Part shown: piece after piece, positions 9,416 to 18,141 of the stretch | How the letters are laid out: every line of letters begins with the position of its first letter | Numbering within the stretch: position 1 is the stretch's first letter | Source: a virus | Taxonomy: Duplodnaviria > Caudoviricetes | DNA length: 64,000 nt | Reading direction: 5' to 3' (one strand) | Virus record (IMG/VR): IMGVR_UViG_3300034126_000020 | Span: 1 to 64,000 of that record | The notes under the pieces: model-generated | What the model saw: only the letters and a program-made list of their open reading frames with translations | Databases searched by the model: none | Told to the model about the DNA's origin: nothing | Made by a program: the position numbers and the translations under genes

Positions 9416-11002
9416 TTGGGACAAAGAATGGACATCAAGTTATTCCTAGTCAAGTCTGTTACCCTGTTGTACCTCGAGAGTCAGATCGAAGGGTACAGTT
9501 CGAGTAACGCATCAGTGATCCGTTCAATGTTGAACGAGATCAAGCTACCCGAAAACATCGGCGACATCGGCGACGGGAGGAACATCCTGTCGAATTTGCG
9601 CTCCACTGTTCTGGAGATGTTGAACAGCGGTGGTTCACAGAGATATGAGCCGGATATGCTGATGCAGCGTATTCGGATGAATCTCCAGTCCGACGATGTA
9701 ACGTATAAAGCTTTGGATAAAGTCATCCGCAAGTACCCGGATGAGTCGGTTGTCCGTAAGCACATCAACGATATTTCGAGGGAGATGCGTCGCTACAAGA
9801 ACCGGGAAAAACTGCACGACATCGTTAAGAAAGCTTCCTACACCCTGTCATTCAACGAAGCCGAGGTTGAAGACTGGGACACCTTTGTACTACAGACTGC
9901 ACAGGACCTCCTGTCGGTCGATATGGAGACAGACGAGCGGGTAGACCCTGCATTCATCACCAGTGTCAACTTCAACGACCCAGCCTCTGTTACAGCCGCG
10001 TTCGCGGACATGAACAAGTCCTTGTCCACCGAAGGTATCATCAAGTTCCCCTTCAAAGCGTTGAACCGCATGATGGGTGTACAAGGTGGTGGTCGTCGGG
10101 GTGAGTTTGGCTTGGTTAACGCCTTGCCACACAACAACAAGTCAGGCACCTTGCTTGACCTGTTCATCGGCACTTGCCTGTTCAACGATCCGTTCCTGTT
10201 TGACCCGGACAAGAAACCACTCTGTCTGTTCTACAGCACGGAAGATGACATCCCAATCATCATCCAGAAGACCTACGTCATTCTCAAGCAGATGGAACTG
10301 GGCATGGCAGTCTCTGTCAAGGGTCTCGACCCGGCAGAAGCTTCCGCCTACGTCATTGAGAAGCTGCAAGCCCGTGGCTGGTACGTAGAGATTCACCGGA
10401 TCAAGGGTTCGTCGTTCACGTACGCTAAGTACATCAAGCACTTGGAGCAATACAAGGCCAAGGGCTTCGAAGTCTGTGCGTCGTACGTCGACTACCTGGC
10501 CATGTTCAGCAAGGATGGTTGCGTCCAAGGCTCCACTGGCGATGACCTGCAAGATCTGTACAAACGGACACGTGAATACACGTCTGCCGAAAAGATCCTG
10601 CAAGTCACGGCTCACCAACTCTCGACCCAAGCCAAGGAAGAGAAGCGGATGAACCCGACGAAGTTCATTCGGGACATGCCAGGCGGAGGTTACTACCAAG
10701 GGTGTAAGAAGCTGGACACCGAGGTGGACTGGGAGTTCTACGTCAACAAGCAAGTTGTCAACGATGGCGCGTACCTTGAGTACCTGTGGGGTAAACACCG
10801 TGGCGTGGTGGAACCGACTCCAGAGGCGCACAAGTACTTCGTCCTCAAGTTCAACGACAACCCAATGTACGGCGTGGCTTACGACTTCCATCTGGAAATC
10901 GATCTCAGCTACAAGATCGTGGGTGGCAGACCAAGTTCCCAAGGTGGTGGGATGGCTTGGAATGACATCGATGAGATGAACGATTCCCGCATGGCGGCAT
11001 AG
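9416..11002 (+). CDS. DnaB-like replicative helicase (phiKZ gp118-like)
   Basis: Walker A variant ALPHNNKSG, STEDD, Walker B YVDYL, TAHQLS and W(G)KHRG motifs. Confidence 0.88.
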   Translation: MGQRMDIKLFLVKSVTLLYLESQIEGYSSSNASVIRSMLNEIKLPENIGDIGDGRNILSNLRSTVLEMLNSGGSQRYEPDMLMQRIRMNLQSDDVTYKALDKVIRKYPDESVVRKHINDISREMRRYKNREKLHDIVKKASYTLSFNEAEVEDWDTFVLQTAQDLLSVDMETDERVDPAFITSVNFNDPASVTAAFADMNKSLSTEGIIKFPFKALNRMMGVQGGGRRGEFGLVNALPHNNKSGTLLDLFIGTCLFNDPFLFDPDKKPLCLFYSTEDDIPIIIQKTYVILKQMELGMAVSVKGLDPAEASAYVIEKLQARGWYVEIHRIKGSSFTYAKYIKHLEQYKAKGFEVCASYVDYLAMFSKDGCVQGSTGDDLQDLYKRTREYTSAEKILQVTAHQLSTQAKEEKRMNPTKFIRDMPGGGYYQGCKKLDTEVDWEFYVNKQVVNDGAYLEYLWGKHRGVVEPTPEAHKYFVLKFNDNPMYGVAYDFHLEIDLSYKIVGGRPSSQGGGMAWNDIDEMNDSRMAA

Positions 11003-11041
11003 CAGCATAGAGAGCGGACCACTGGTCCGCTCTCTATGCCG
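11003..11041. terminator. Bidirectional hairpin terminator flanked by TATG motifs
   Basis: CATAGAGAGCGGACC-ACT-GGTCCGCTCTCTATG followed by CCG, between convergent genes. Confidence 0.85.
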
Positions 11042-11045
11042 TGTG

Positions 11046-11666
11046 TCAGGGAGTCGTAGGTGCAGCCAGTGCTTCAATGAGCGTGGCCTGTTCAGCGATG
11101 GTGACGTCACGTGCAGCAATCTCATCACTCAGACGAATGATAGTGGCTGTCAGAGTCTCGTTGTTGGTCTTGGCTGCTTCACGGGCTGCCGTCAGCTGGA
11201 TGTGCTGTTCCTCGCTCACGGTGTTGGTTACAGAGCCCCGAGCCAAGGTGACTTCAACATCAACACCCAGGTTGGCCTTGCACGATTCCTTCATCGACGC
11301 CATGACGTCATCAAGGTCTCGGTAGTTGGCCCACATGCCCAGATCCACTACACCGATCAGTCGGCTGTAAGGAACACTGCCCAAGCCGGGGTAGCTGTCA
11401 ATGTAGGTGTCAGGCACGTACATGACGTTACCTGCACTGTCACGCAAGGCAATGACAATGGCACCTTCGATCTGGTCTTCAGCGTAGGCAGAAGCTGTCA
11501 GGCCCACCGGGGTGTAGACCAGCTTCATGATGTCTTGACCGCGGGTGATCAATTCACTGAACTGACGGTGAGCGGTAACGGTGTAACTCTTGGCAGGGTC
11601 GGCTACGAACGGAGACCGAAGCAGAAACGGACCCGAGAGGTTCATCGGCGGAGTAATGCGAGCCAT
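11046..11666 (-). CDS. Conserved phiKZ-like protein (probable virion component)
   Basis: MARITPPMNLSGPFLLRSPF...; C-terminal coiled coil; likely start 11666. Confidence 0.65.
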   Translation of the reverse strand: MARITPPMNLSGPFLLRSPFVADPAKSYTVTAHRQFSELITRGQDIMKLVYTPVGLTASAYAEDQIEGAIVIALRDSAGNVMYVPDTYIDSYPGLGSVPYSRLIGVVDLGMWANYRDLDDVMASMKESCKANLGVDVEVTLARGSVTNTVSEEQHIQLTAAREAAKTNNETLTATIIRLSDEIAARDVTIAEQATLIEALAAPTTP

Positions 11667-11677
11667 AGCGTCCTCGG

Positions 11678-11727
11678 ACAAAGAAAAAAGAAAAGGGTGG
11701 CTAGGAGGGCCGAAGCCCTCCTGCCTA
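11678..11727 (-). terminator. Hairpin terminator with UUCG loop and U-tract
   Basis: GGAGGGC-TTCG-GCCCTCC followed by CCCTTTTCTTTTTTTCTTTG on the minus strand. Confidence 0.8.
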
Positions 11728-11733
11728 GAGCTG

Positions 11734-12282
11734 TCACATGATACCGGGGATCTGCCAGGGCATGGCGTCCTTCAGTTTCACACGACGTTTCTTCGAGTAA
11801 CGCTTGACTGCACGATGGCGGTGATTGGTGACCAACTCCATTGCAGCTTCGAAGTAGTGCCCGTGGGTGTTCTCGTTGCCTGCATAAGCGATGCACCCAG
11901 GCTCCTCAGCGATCGGTGTAGCGATGATCGCGTAGTAGTCCAGGTTACCCCTGTGCTGACGACGTACACAGACACCCACCGTCCCTGTGAGCCATTGCTT
12001 GTCGCAACGCTCCTTCAGAATACGACGCTTACCTTGCTTGAAGAACTCACCGTGTTCATGCAGATGCCGAATGGCCGCTTTGTACGATTCATCAGCATCG
12101 CCGTACACGTTGTCGTGGAAATAGCCGCGTTCGGTTAAGGTGTTGTCGTTGGTAGGCGACACAACCCAGCGCTCACGCCCCTCTGACTGATCCCGATAAA
12201 TGCCCTTGATGCGTGGCACCAAACCGAGACCGTCAACGATGTAGCCAGATTCCAATACCAATACAGACATGTTAAACCCCAT
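11734..12282 (-). CDS. Hypothetical protein
   Basis: 182-aa ORF in the leftward gene run; alternative start at 12270. Confidence 0.65.
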   Translation of the reverse strand: MGFNMSVLVLESGYIVDGLGLVPRIKGIYRDQSEGRERWVVSPTNDNTLTERGYFHDNVYGDADESYKAAIRHLHEHGEFFKQGKRRILKERCDKQWLTGTVGVCVRRQHRGNLDYYAIIATPIAEEPGCIAYAGNENTHGHYFEAAMELVTNHRHRAVKRYSKKRRVKLKDAMPWQIPGIM

Positions 12283-12323
12283 GGTGGTCTAGGGGAGCAC
12301 AATGGCACTCCCCGTACAGTTGA

Positions 12324-12587
12324 TTATTCTTGAGACAGGTAGCCCAGCGGCTTGTCGTCCTTGTCGAAGCAGAGGATGGTTTCACAACCACCGCCCAACT
12401 GATCGACGTTGGACTCCGTCACCGAAGGCAGGTACTTGCCCAACTGGGCAATCGGTACCTTCTTGCCGTTGATGTAGCAGTCGTCATCGGCGCGTGGGTT
12501 GCACCAGGCAGACTTGACGTCAGGGTAGCTCGGCTGAGCACTGACGTTGCACGACAACAGCAGCAAAGCGATGAGTATCCGTTTCAT
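12324..12587 (-). CDS. Small exported protein or lipoprotein
   Basis: MKRILIALLLLSC signal/lipobox-like N-terminus; four further Cys; GAGG SD. Confidence 0.7.
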   Translation of the reverse strand: MKRILIALLLLSCNVSAQPSYPDVKSAWCNPRADDDCYINGKKVPIAQLGKYLPSVTESNVDQLGGGCETILCFDKDDKPLGYLSQE

Positions 12588-12598
12588 GTTATCCTCAC

Positions 12599-13423
12599 TT
12601 AACTTGCCTGACTGAGGACTCGGGCGTATTCATCGAACACGTCTTTCTCCTCATCGTTGTATTCGAACGGTCCCCGCTGGCTATTGCCTTTGAGAGACAT
12701 CATCCATTCCTTGTTGGTGCCGTAGTCTGAACTGAACGCGGCACTGGTCTTTCCGGTGATCAGGTGCTTGACAAGAATGTCCTCACCTCCTTCACCCATG
12801 AACTGGGCATTGATCACCTGCACGGCAGCAACTACGCGCGAGGTGGAACCCAGACGGTAAGCGATCTCAGGGAGATCCTTACGTGCAGCACGACCACCTG
12901 ACTTCAGGTACTCGATGAGCTTTGACGAGGCAATCATGCTGACGCTGTGCAGCACGTTGATGTCGTGTTCGGTCAGTTCATCACGCACCGAGCGACTGCC
13001 CCGACGATCCCTGTCATTGCGAGGCTTAGCAGCCGCTTCGCCTTCAACAGGGGTTGGTTTGACAACCATGGACTGGTCGAACTTGATGTACAGTTCGGCA
13101 CCGTCATTGAGGCGCAGGTACAGGTCATCTGGTGTGGACTGCACTTCGTTCTGATTAGGACCGTATGCCGTGACCTGGATCGTGAAGTCACCACGAGGAC
13201 GGTTCAGCTCCTCCAAGGTGATGTAGGTCTGGAACACACCCAGCGGATAATCATCGCCGCGGACGGTAGCAGCCAGCCCCACGATGGACTTGATGTTCTG
13301 GTTGAACAGGTAGCCGTAGTAGAACTGGGCGAAGTAGTCCACAACCAGTTGAGGGTTGATGGCCCACTTGTTGTCACGTACGACTTGGCTAGCGAATTCA
13401 TGGATGGCTTCTGGACGAATCAT
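12599..13423 (-). CDS. Hypothetical protein
   Basis: 274-aa ORF with GAGG SD and a coding-like codon pattern. Confidence 0.7.
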   Translation of the reverse strand: MIRPEAIHEFASQVVRDNKWAINPQLVVDYFAQFYYGYLFNQNIKSIVGLAATVRGDDYPLGVFQTYITLEELNRPRGDFTIQVTAYGPNQNEVQSTPDDLYLRLNDGAELYIKFDQSMVVKPTPVEGEAAAKPRNDRDRRGSRSVRDELTEHDINVLHSVSMIASSKLIEYLKSGGRAARKDLPEIAYRLGSTSRVVAAVQVINAQFMGEGGEDILVKHLITGKTSAAFSSDYGTNKEWMMSLKGNSQRGPFEYNDEEKDVFDEYARVLSQAS

Positions 13424-13491
13424 GGTGTTTCCTCGGAAAGGACTTCAATGGGTGAAGAGGCTGAGATGTCCCAGCCTCCAATGCAGGTGTG

Positions 13492-13890
13492 TTACGCGCC
13501 GAGCTTCTCGTACAGACGGAAGCACTTGGCGGTTTCTTCCTCAGTCAGGTCGATACGTTCGTTCATCGTGAGTTGTTGATCTGGACGGTACACCTTCCAG
13601 AAACCCGGGCCAGGCAGACCTTTGTCTTTACCCGACTTGCGCACCACCAAGACCGTCAGGTGAGGCAGGTTAGCTTCTACGCAGAAGTTGAACACGTCGT
13701 ACAGCACCGGCGAGATCGACGCAGCCAGGGCGTTACCAGAGGACGGCAGGCCCATCATGAGCGCCAGCGTCTCGTAGTTGATCGTCTGATTACGCGCTGC
13801 AAGCATTTGCAGGGTGTTCAGGCAACCGATGGCTTTCAGTTTACGCAGGGATGCAGCGTCTGTTGCAGGTGCAGTCATTACAGCTTCCAT
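13492..13890 (-). CDS. Hypothetical protein, possible winged-helix DNA-binding domain
   Basis: TINYETLA...LPHLTVLVVRKSGKDKGLPGPGFW pattern; GGAG SD. Confidence 0.65.
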   Translation of the reverse strand: MEAVMTAPATDAASLRKLKAIGCLNTLQMLAARNQTINYETLALMMGLPSSGNALAASISPVLYDVFNFCVEANLPHLTVLVVRKSGKDKGLPGPGFWKVYRPDQQLTMNERIDLTEEETAKCFRLYEKLGA

Positions 13891-13903
13891 GGGAAGTCTC
13901 CAG

Positions 13904-14482
13904 CTACATTGGTAGCGATGAGTGAGGGATTGAGTTTTGGAGCGTGGTTTGTGCCACGTCCATCAAGCGTTGAATCTCGAGCCGGTGGAACGGATAGAAC
14001 AGCTCATCTACCGCTTCCAGATCGAGTTGTTCGACAATGGCCTCATGGAGGTCACGGTCGTGGGCCCAGCACTGACGGACATAAACCGCCAGCATCTCCA
14101 TTGCGACCATGACGATAATCCGAAGGTACTTGACGTCACCTTTCAAACCAAAATCACGGATCGCCTTGGAGAGCCCGTGTCCACCGATGAGAAGAGCATT
14201 CGCATCGTTGGGGTCTGCTACGCCATCGCACATAAATGCTTGGCTCGCATTCTTGCCACAGAGGTTCAAGATCCGGATGGCGGCAATGGCGCCTTTAACA
14301 GCATCATCCGGATTAATGACCTGCTGCTTACCGTCGTTCCAGATCTTGCGATTCACGGTCAGCAAGTCTTGGTCTAGCGCGGACAGTCTGTGGACTTTGG
14401 ACAGATCAGAATGACCTTTTTGGTAAGTCTGATCATGAAGCTCGACACGGTACTGAAGCAGGTGAGACGACTTGCTGAACAT
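13904..14482 (-). CDS. Hypothetical protein
   Basis: 192-aa ORF with GGAGG SD. Confidence 0.65.
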   Translation of the reverse strand: MFSKSSHLLQYRVELHDQTYQKGHSDLSKVHRLSALDQDLLTVNRKIWNDGKQQVINPDDAVKGAIAAIRILNLCGKNASQAFMCDGVADPNDANALLIGGHGLSKAIRDFGLKGDVKYLRIIVMVAMEMLAVYVRQCWAHDRDLHEAIVEQLDLEAVDELFYPFHRLEIQRLMDVAQTTLQNSIPHSSLPM

Positions 14483-14511
14483 GACACCTCCGATTAAGAG
14501 GACTCTGGTCC

Positions 14512-14721
14512 TCAGGGCTTATAGGTGAAGTAGAACATGTACGCGATGTACAGTGCTCCGTAGATCAACAACGCGCCCAACGGGAAGTAGACCAGCACCA
14601 GCATGAACGGCCCAGGAGCCGGCTTGCGAGGTACCAGCCACAACCACAGGGGCGTCATGACCAGATGTACGACAGCAGACAACAAGCCTGCTGCGACGAT
14701 GAGTAACGAGTTGTCGGTCAC
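14512..14721 (-). CDS. Small two-helix membrane protein
   Basis: GTG at 14721 preceded by AAGGA; 69 aa, almost entirely hydrophobic. Confidence 0.55.
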   Translation of the reverse strand: MTDNSLLIVAAGLLSAVVHLVMTPLWLWLVPRKPAPGPFMLVLVYFPLGALLIYGALYIAYMFYFTYKP

Positions 14722-14731
14722 TTCGAATCCT

Positions 14732-15706
14732 TTACGGTGTGACTCCACGGAACAGACCCCACGCAGCGGAGAGGCGTTCGAGGAAGGTGGGTGGTTTGCC
14801 AAACAGCAGATGTGCAGGGCGTTGGCTGACAGGTCCATGTGCAATGGAGAACGCAGAGGCTTCTGCATGACCACCACCACCGAAAAGCTCGGAGATAGTA
14901 GACGTGTCGAAACCACCCTTGCGAGCCCGGAGGCTGTAGACGGTGCGTTCTTTACGACGGGTGTACAGAACCACGAAGTCGTACTTGCCACTCAGACGAT
15001 CACCGATCTCATTGCGGAGGTGGTGAGGCGCGTTAACCATGACGTAACGTTGACCAGCATCGGTCTCGAAGACTTCAAGGTATTCCTTGATGACACTGCG
15101 GATGATCTTGTCGTCGTACTTCATCAGCGCACTGCCCACGGCGAGATACTCGCTTGGGATGTTGTCGCCGTGAGACATCAACTCGTCCACACGCTCAATG
15201 GTCAACCCGCCATTGATCAGCCACGCATTGAGCGGCTTGGTGTCATCGTACTTGTGTTGCCACAGGTCGTAGTCCTGGATCAGGCGGATGGCCATTGGCA
15301 CATCTTCCATCACGATACTGGACTGGTTGTTGAAGAACGCGTACGCCAGCACAGCGCCGGAGTATTCGTTGTCGAACAGGATGAACGACTGCTCACCTTG
15401 CGAACGGTACTTCAGGTATTCGCTGTAGGTGCGCACTGGGCGCATGATGGTCGTCAGAGGTTTGGCCGTCTTGTGGTGGTCGATGATCAGGATCGACTCC
15501 ACTTCAGTGGCCATCTTCTCAAGCATCTCTTTCGGGAGGCTCAAGTCGACCATGATGACGTGAGCACCAAAGACTTCAGCAGGCAGTTCTTCGCCGTACT
15601 GGTAAGCCATGTACTTGGCCGACTTACCGTAATGTGCGAAGGCAGCCCATGCAGCCACGATGCCGTCATTACAGCCACGGTGGTAGAGCACGATAATTGG
15701 TTTCAT
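14732..15706 (-). CDS. DHH/DHHA1 family phosphoesterase (NrnB-like)
   Basis: YHRGCNDG, VDLS, IIDHHKT, DYDLW and GGGHAEASAF motifs. Confidence 0.88.
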   Translation of the reverse strand: MKPIIVLYHRGCNDGIVAAWAAFAHYGKSAKYMAYQYGEELPAEVFGAHVIMVDLSLPKEMLEKMATEVESILIIDHHKTAKPLTTIMRPVRTYSEYLKYRSQGEQSFILFDNEYSGAVLAYAFFNNQSSIVMEDVPMAIRLIQDYDLWQHKYDDTKPLNAWLINGGLTIERVDELMSHGDNIPSEYLAVGSALMKYDDKIIRSVIKEYLEVFETDAGQRYVMVNAPHHLRNEIGDRLSGKYDFVVLYTRRKERTVYSLRARKGGFDTSTISELFGGGGHAEASAFSIAHGPVSQRPAHLLFGKPPTFLERLSAAWGLFRGVTP

Positions 15707-15713
15707 GATGTTC

Positions 15714-16094
15714 TCAGAATTTGACCAGGTCGTAGGTGATGACGTCGGCCACAGAAGCCTTGGTCACGATTCGAGCACCGAAGAGCAGTTGGTCTGGCTG
15801 ACCGCTCTCGATGCGACGCTGTACAGGTTGAGCATGCGGACCGAACGGAACAACAGTGCCGTAGATGTGGCCATCATCACCACGGCGGATCGAAGTGATC
15901 TTGGCACACACGCGATCAGCCAAGATGGCGCGGTAACGATCAGCCTTCTCTTGAGCAGGTACATCACGCACGAAACGTGGAGCACCGAACTCACAGTAGA
16001 GCATGTCGTCTTCAGCCTTGGCTTGGAGTTTCGCCAGCGTGCCGTCGGTGATGGTCTGTTGACCGATGCCCAGTTTAACTTCCGCTTCTTTCAT
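15714..16094 (-). CDS. Hypothetical protein
   Basis: Likely start MKEAEV at 16094 with GAGG SD, which removes the overlap with the upstream ORF. Confidence 0.6.
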   Translation of the reverse strand: MKEAEVKLGIGQQTITDGTLAKLQAKAEDDMLYCEFGAPRFVRDVPAQEKADRYRAILADRVCAKITSIRRGDDGHIYGTVVPFGPHAQPVQRRIESGQPDQLLFGARIVTKASVADVITYDLVKF

Positions 16095-16101
16095 GTCCGC
16101 C

Positions 16102-16452
16102 TCAGTGCGTAGTTGTAATGTTGGCCGAGCAGTCCATGACTGTCCCGGCTGTGACGTCGATCGCAATGAACGCAGCGACATCGGTTGCTTTCCCGTCCTG
16201 ATCGACTTTCATCAGGTGGAAGAAGACACGCTCATGTCCATCGGGTTCGGTATCGGTGGCGTCGAAGATGAAATCAGTCTTCTTGGTCAACATGGAGCCC
16301 AAGTAGGTGATGTTGTAGCCGCCGTCACGCAGCACTTCGATGGAGGTGAAGATCATGTCCGTGAGTGGTTCAGCACACACGGGGTTCAGAGCCTTCACGA
16401 TAGCGATAGCACGTTCGATGTCGTTTGCAACCAAGAGATCTGCATTGTTCAT
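16102..16452 (-). CDS. Hypothetical protein
   Basis: Likely start MNNADL at 16452, just after the dcd stop. Confidence 0.55.
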   Translation of the reverse strand: MNNADLLVANDIERAIAIVKALNPVCAEPLTDMIFTSIEVLRDGGYNITYLGSMLTKKTDFIFDATDTEPDGHERVFFHLMKVDQDGKATDVAAFIAIDVTAGTVMDCSANITTTH

Positions 16453-16466
16453 GGTGTCTATGCTCG

Positions 16467-17300
16467 TTAGACGCGTGCCATGGTCAGGCCGCGTTGTCCT
16501 TGGTATTTGCCCATCTTGTCTTTGTACGAACGCAGGCACGCTTCATCGCCTTGGAAGAAGACGAATTGAGCGATACCTTCTTCGAGGTAGCAACGCACCG
16601 GGCTGTTGGTGACGTTAGCGACTTCGATGACCACCTCACCTTCAAACTCAGGCTCGATGGGCGTCACGTTGCAGATCAAGGCAGAGCGTGCGTAAGTGCT
16701 TTTGCCCAGCACGATCACGAGCACGTCACGCGGGATGCGGAAGTACTCCATGGTCGGTGCTTGGATGTAGCTGTGGGCAGGGATCAGAACGTAGCGCGCC
16801 CCGTCTTCATCAACGCGAATGAAGGGCGTAGCAAAGTTCTTCTCCGACATGCGCTTCGGATCTATCTCCGGCATGAACACATTGGTGAAGACCTTGATCT
16901 GATCTTCCTTGCCTGTGATGCGCACGTCGTAGCCGTAGGAGGACGTTCCGTAAGAGATGATCTTACGGGCAGTCTCTGGTGGCTCTTCGCCGTAGGGGAC
17001 GTCTACAGGCTCCCCAGTGGTACGATCCACGTAGCGGACGGGTTTGTCCACTGCGCCATCGATCATCGGCTTCCAATTGTCCAGCAACTTACGACCTTCC
17101 ACCGAATTATCAATGGGGATGGCGATGTGCTTTCGAGGAGGGCGTTTGACCCCTATCTCAGGGTAGTCGTTGATCGCTTGCTGTTCGTACTGCGAATATG
17201 GCGGACCCACCATCATGTCTCGAGCGCCGTGGCGGCCGTAGAAGTGATGGGTAGGCTTAGCGTTCTGCCGGATGATCCAACGATCACTTTTGAGCGACAT
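16467..17300 (-). CDS. dcd: dCTP deaminase with N-terminal insertions
   Basis: MSLKSDRWI, ISYGTSSYGYDVR, YFRIPRDVL, GKSTYAR, VTPIEPEFEG, EGIAQ and GKYQGQRG motifs. Confidence 0.95.
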   Translation of the reverse strand: MSLKSDRWIIRQNAKPTHHFYGRHGARDMMVGPPYSQYEQQAINDYPEIGVKRPPRKHIAIPIDNSVEGRKLLDNWKPMIDGAVDKPVRYVDRTTGEPVDVPYGEEPPETARKIISYGTSSYGYDVRITGKEDQIKVFTNVFMPEIDPKRMSEKNFATPFIRVDEDGARYVLIPAHSYIQAPTMEYFRIPRDVLVIVLGKSTYARSALICNVTPIEPEFEGEVVIEVANVTNSPVRCYLEEGIAQFVFFQGDEACLRSYKDKMGKYQGQRGLTMARV

Positions 17301-17631
17301 GTTCTTTCCTGCCGTGTTCCTGCTCTTGTGGCGAGAACATCATGTTTCTGATCTCGTCGTCGAGCTTCTTAATGACTGGCACCTGTTTACGCATTTCTTC
17401 GCCGTAGAACATGGTGTCGATGATGGTGATCTTCCCGACAATATCCGCAAAGCGACCCACTTGCTCGAGCATTTCGCGATAGAGCGCTCTGACTTCTTCA
17501 GAGTGCTTGCTGTAGCCAACGAAGATGTCGGTAACGACCAGTCTACGGATGGCCTTGTGACTGATCTTGATGCTCTCGTACAGCCTGCGGCGCTCTTCAT
17601 GGCGAGCACGCAACCGTTTAATCCAGCCCAT
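17284..17631 (-). CDS. Hypothetical protein
   Basis: 115-aa ORF overlapping the dcd start. Confidence 0.6.
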   Translation of the reverse strand: MGWIKRLRARHEERRRLYESIKISHKAIRRLVVTDIFVGYSKHSEEVRALYREMLEQVGRFADIVGKITIIDTMFYGEEMRKQVPVIKKLDDEIRNMMFSPQEQEHGRKEHVAQK

Positions 17632-17640
17632 GTAGTTCCC

Positions 17641-17958
17641 CTAAGCGATTTCTGGTAGGCGAGCGTTATGCCGCTCTCTTAATGTCAGTGACAGGTTCAT
17701 ACGTCCTGTAGAGACACCGTACCCATTCTTTACAGCATAGTTCCTGACCAGCTTGGTGACCTGGTTCCGGACCTTGTCAAACTCCCCTTCTTTGAGCTGT
17801 GTGCTGAAGTAATCCCCAGCGAAGTACACGGTCACACTACCGGACTTCAACCCCTGCTCATCCTTTACCGTGACCGTTCCGAGTTTGCGAAACCCCGGTA
17901 ATTCGATCAAGCTAACGACGAGCTCTTCATTAAGCTTGTGTATTGTTAGCGCTTCCAT
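17641..17958 (-). CDS. Hypothetical protein
   Basis: 105-aa ORF with GGGG SD; first gene after the 18021 promoter motif. Confidence 0.6.
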   Translation of the reverse strand: MEALTIHKLNEELVVSLIELPGFRKLGTVTVKDEQGLKSGSVTVYFAGDYFSTQLKEGEFDKVRNQVTKLVRNYAVKNGYGVSTGRMNLSLTLRERHNARLPEIA

Positions 17959-18020
17959 AAATCCCCCTGATGTACATATAACAGCCCTTCTCCTTTTTAT
18001 TTTACATGTCCATCTCCTTG

Positions 18021-18079
18021 GTAATGTAGGGTTATATAACGGTTCAATTTACAAAATAAATAGAGGCCCGATACATTAT
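18021..18079. promoter_or_regulatory. Divergent pair of TACATTAY promoter-like motifs
   Basis: CCCTACATTAC on the minus strand (18021-18028 core) and CGATACATTAT on the plus strand (18072-18079 core), between divergent genes. Confidence 0.55.
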
Positions 18080-18141
18080 GCATAGAGGACCAAACATTCT
18101 TCAAACTTGGTCTCAGAATCACTAGCTAAGGCACAGCACCC

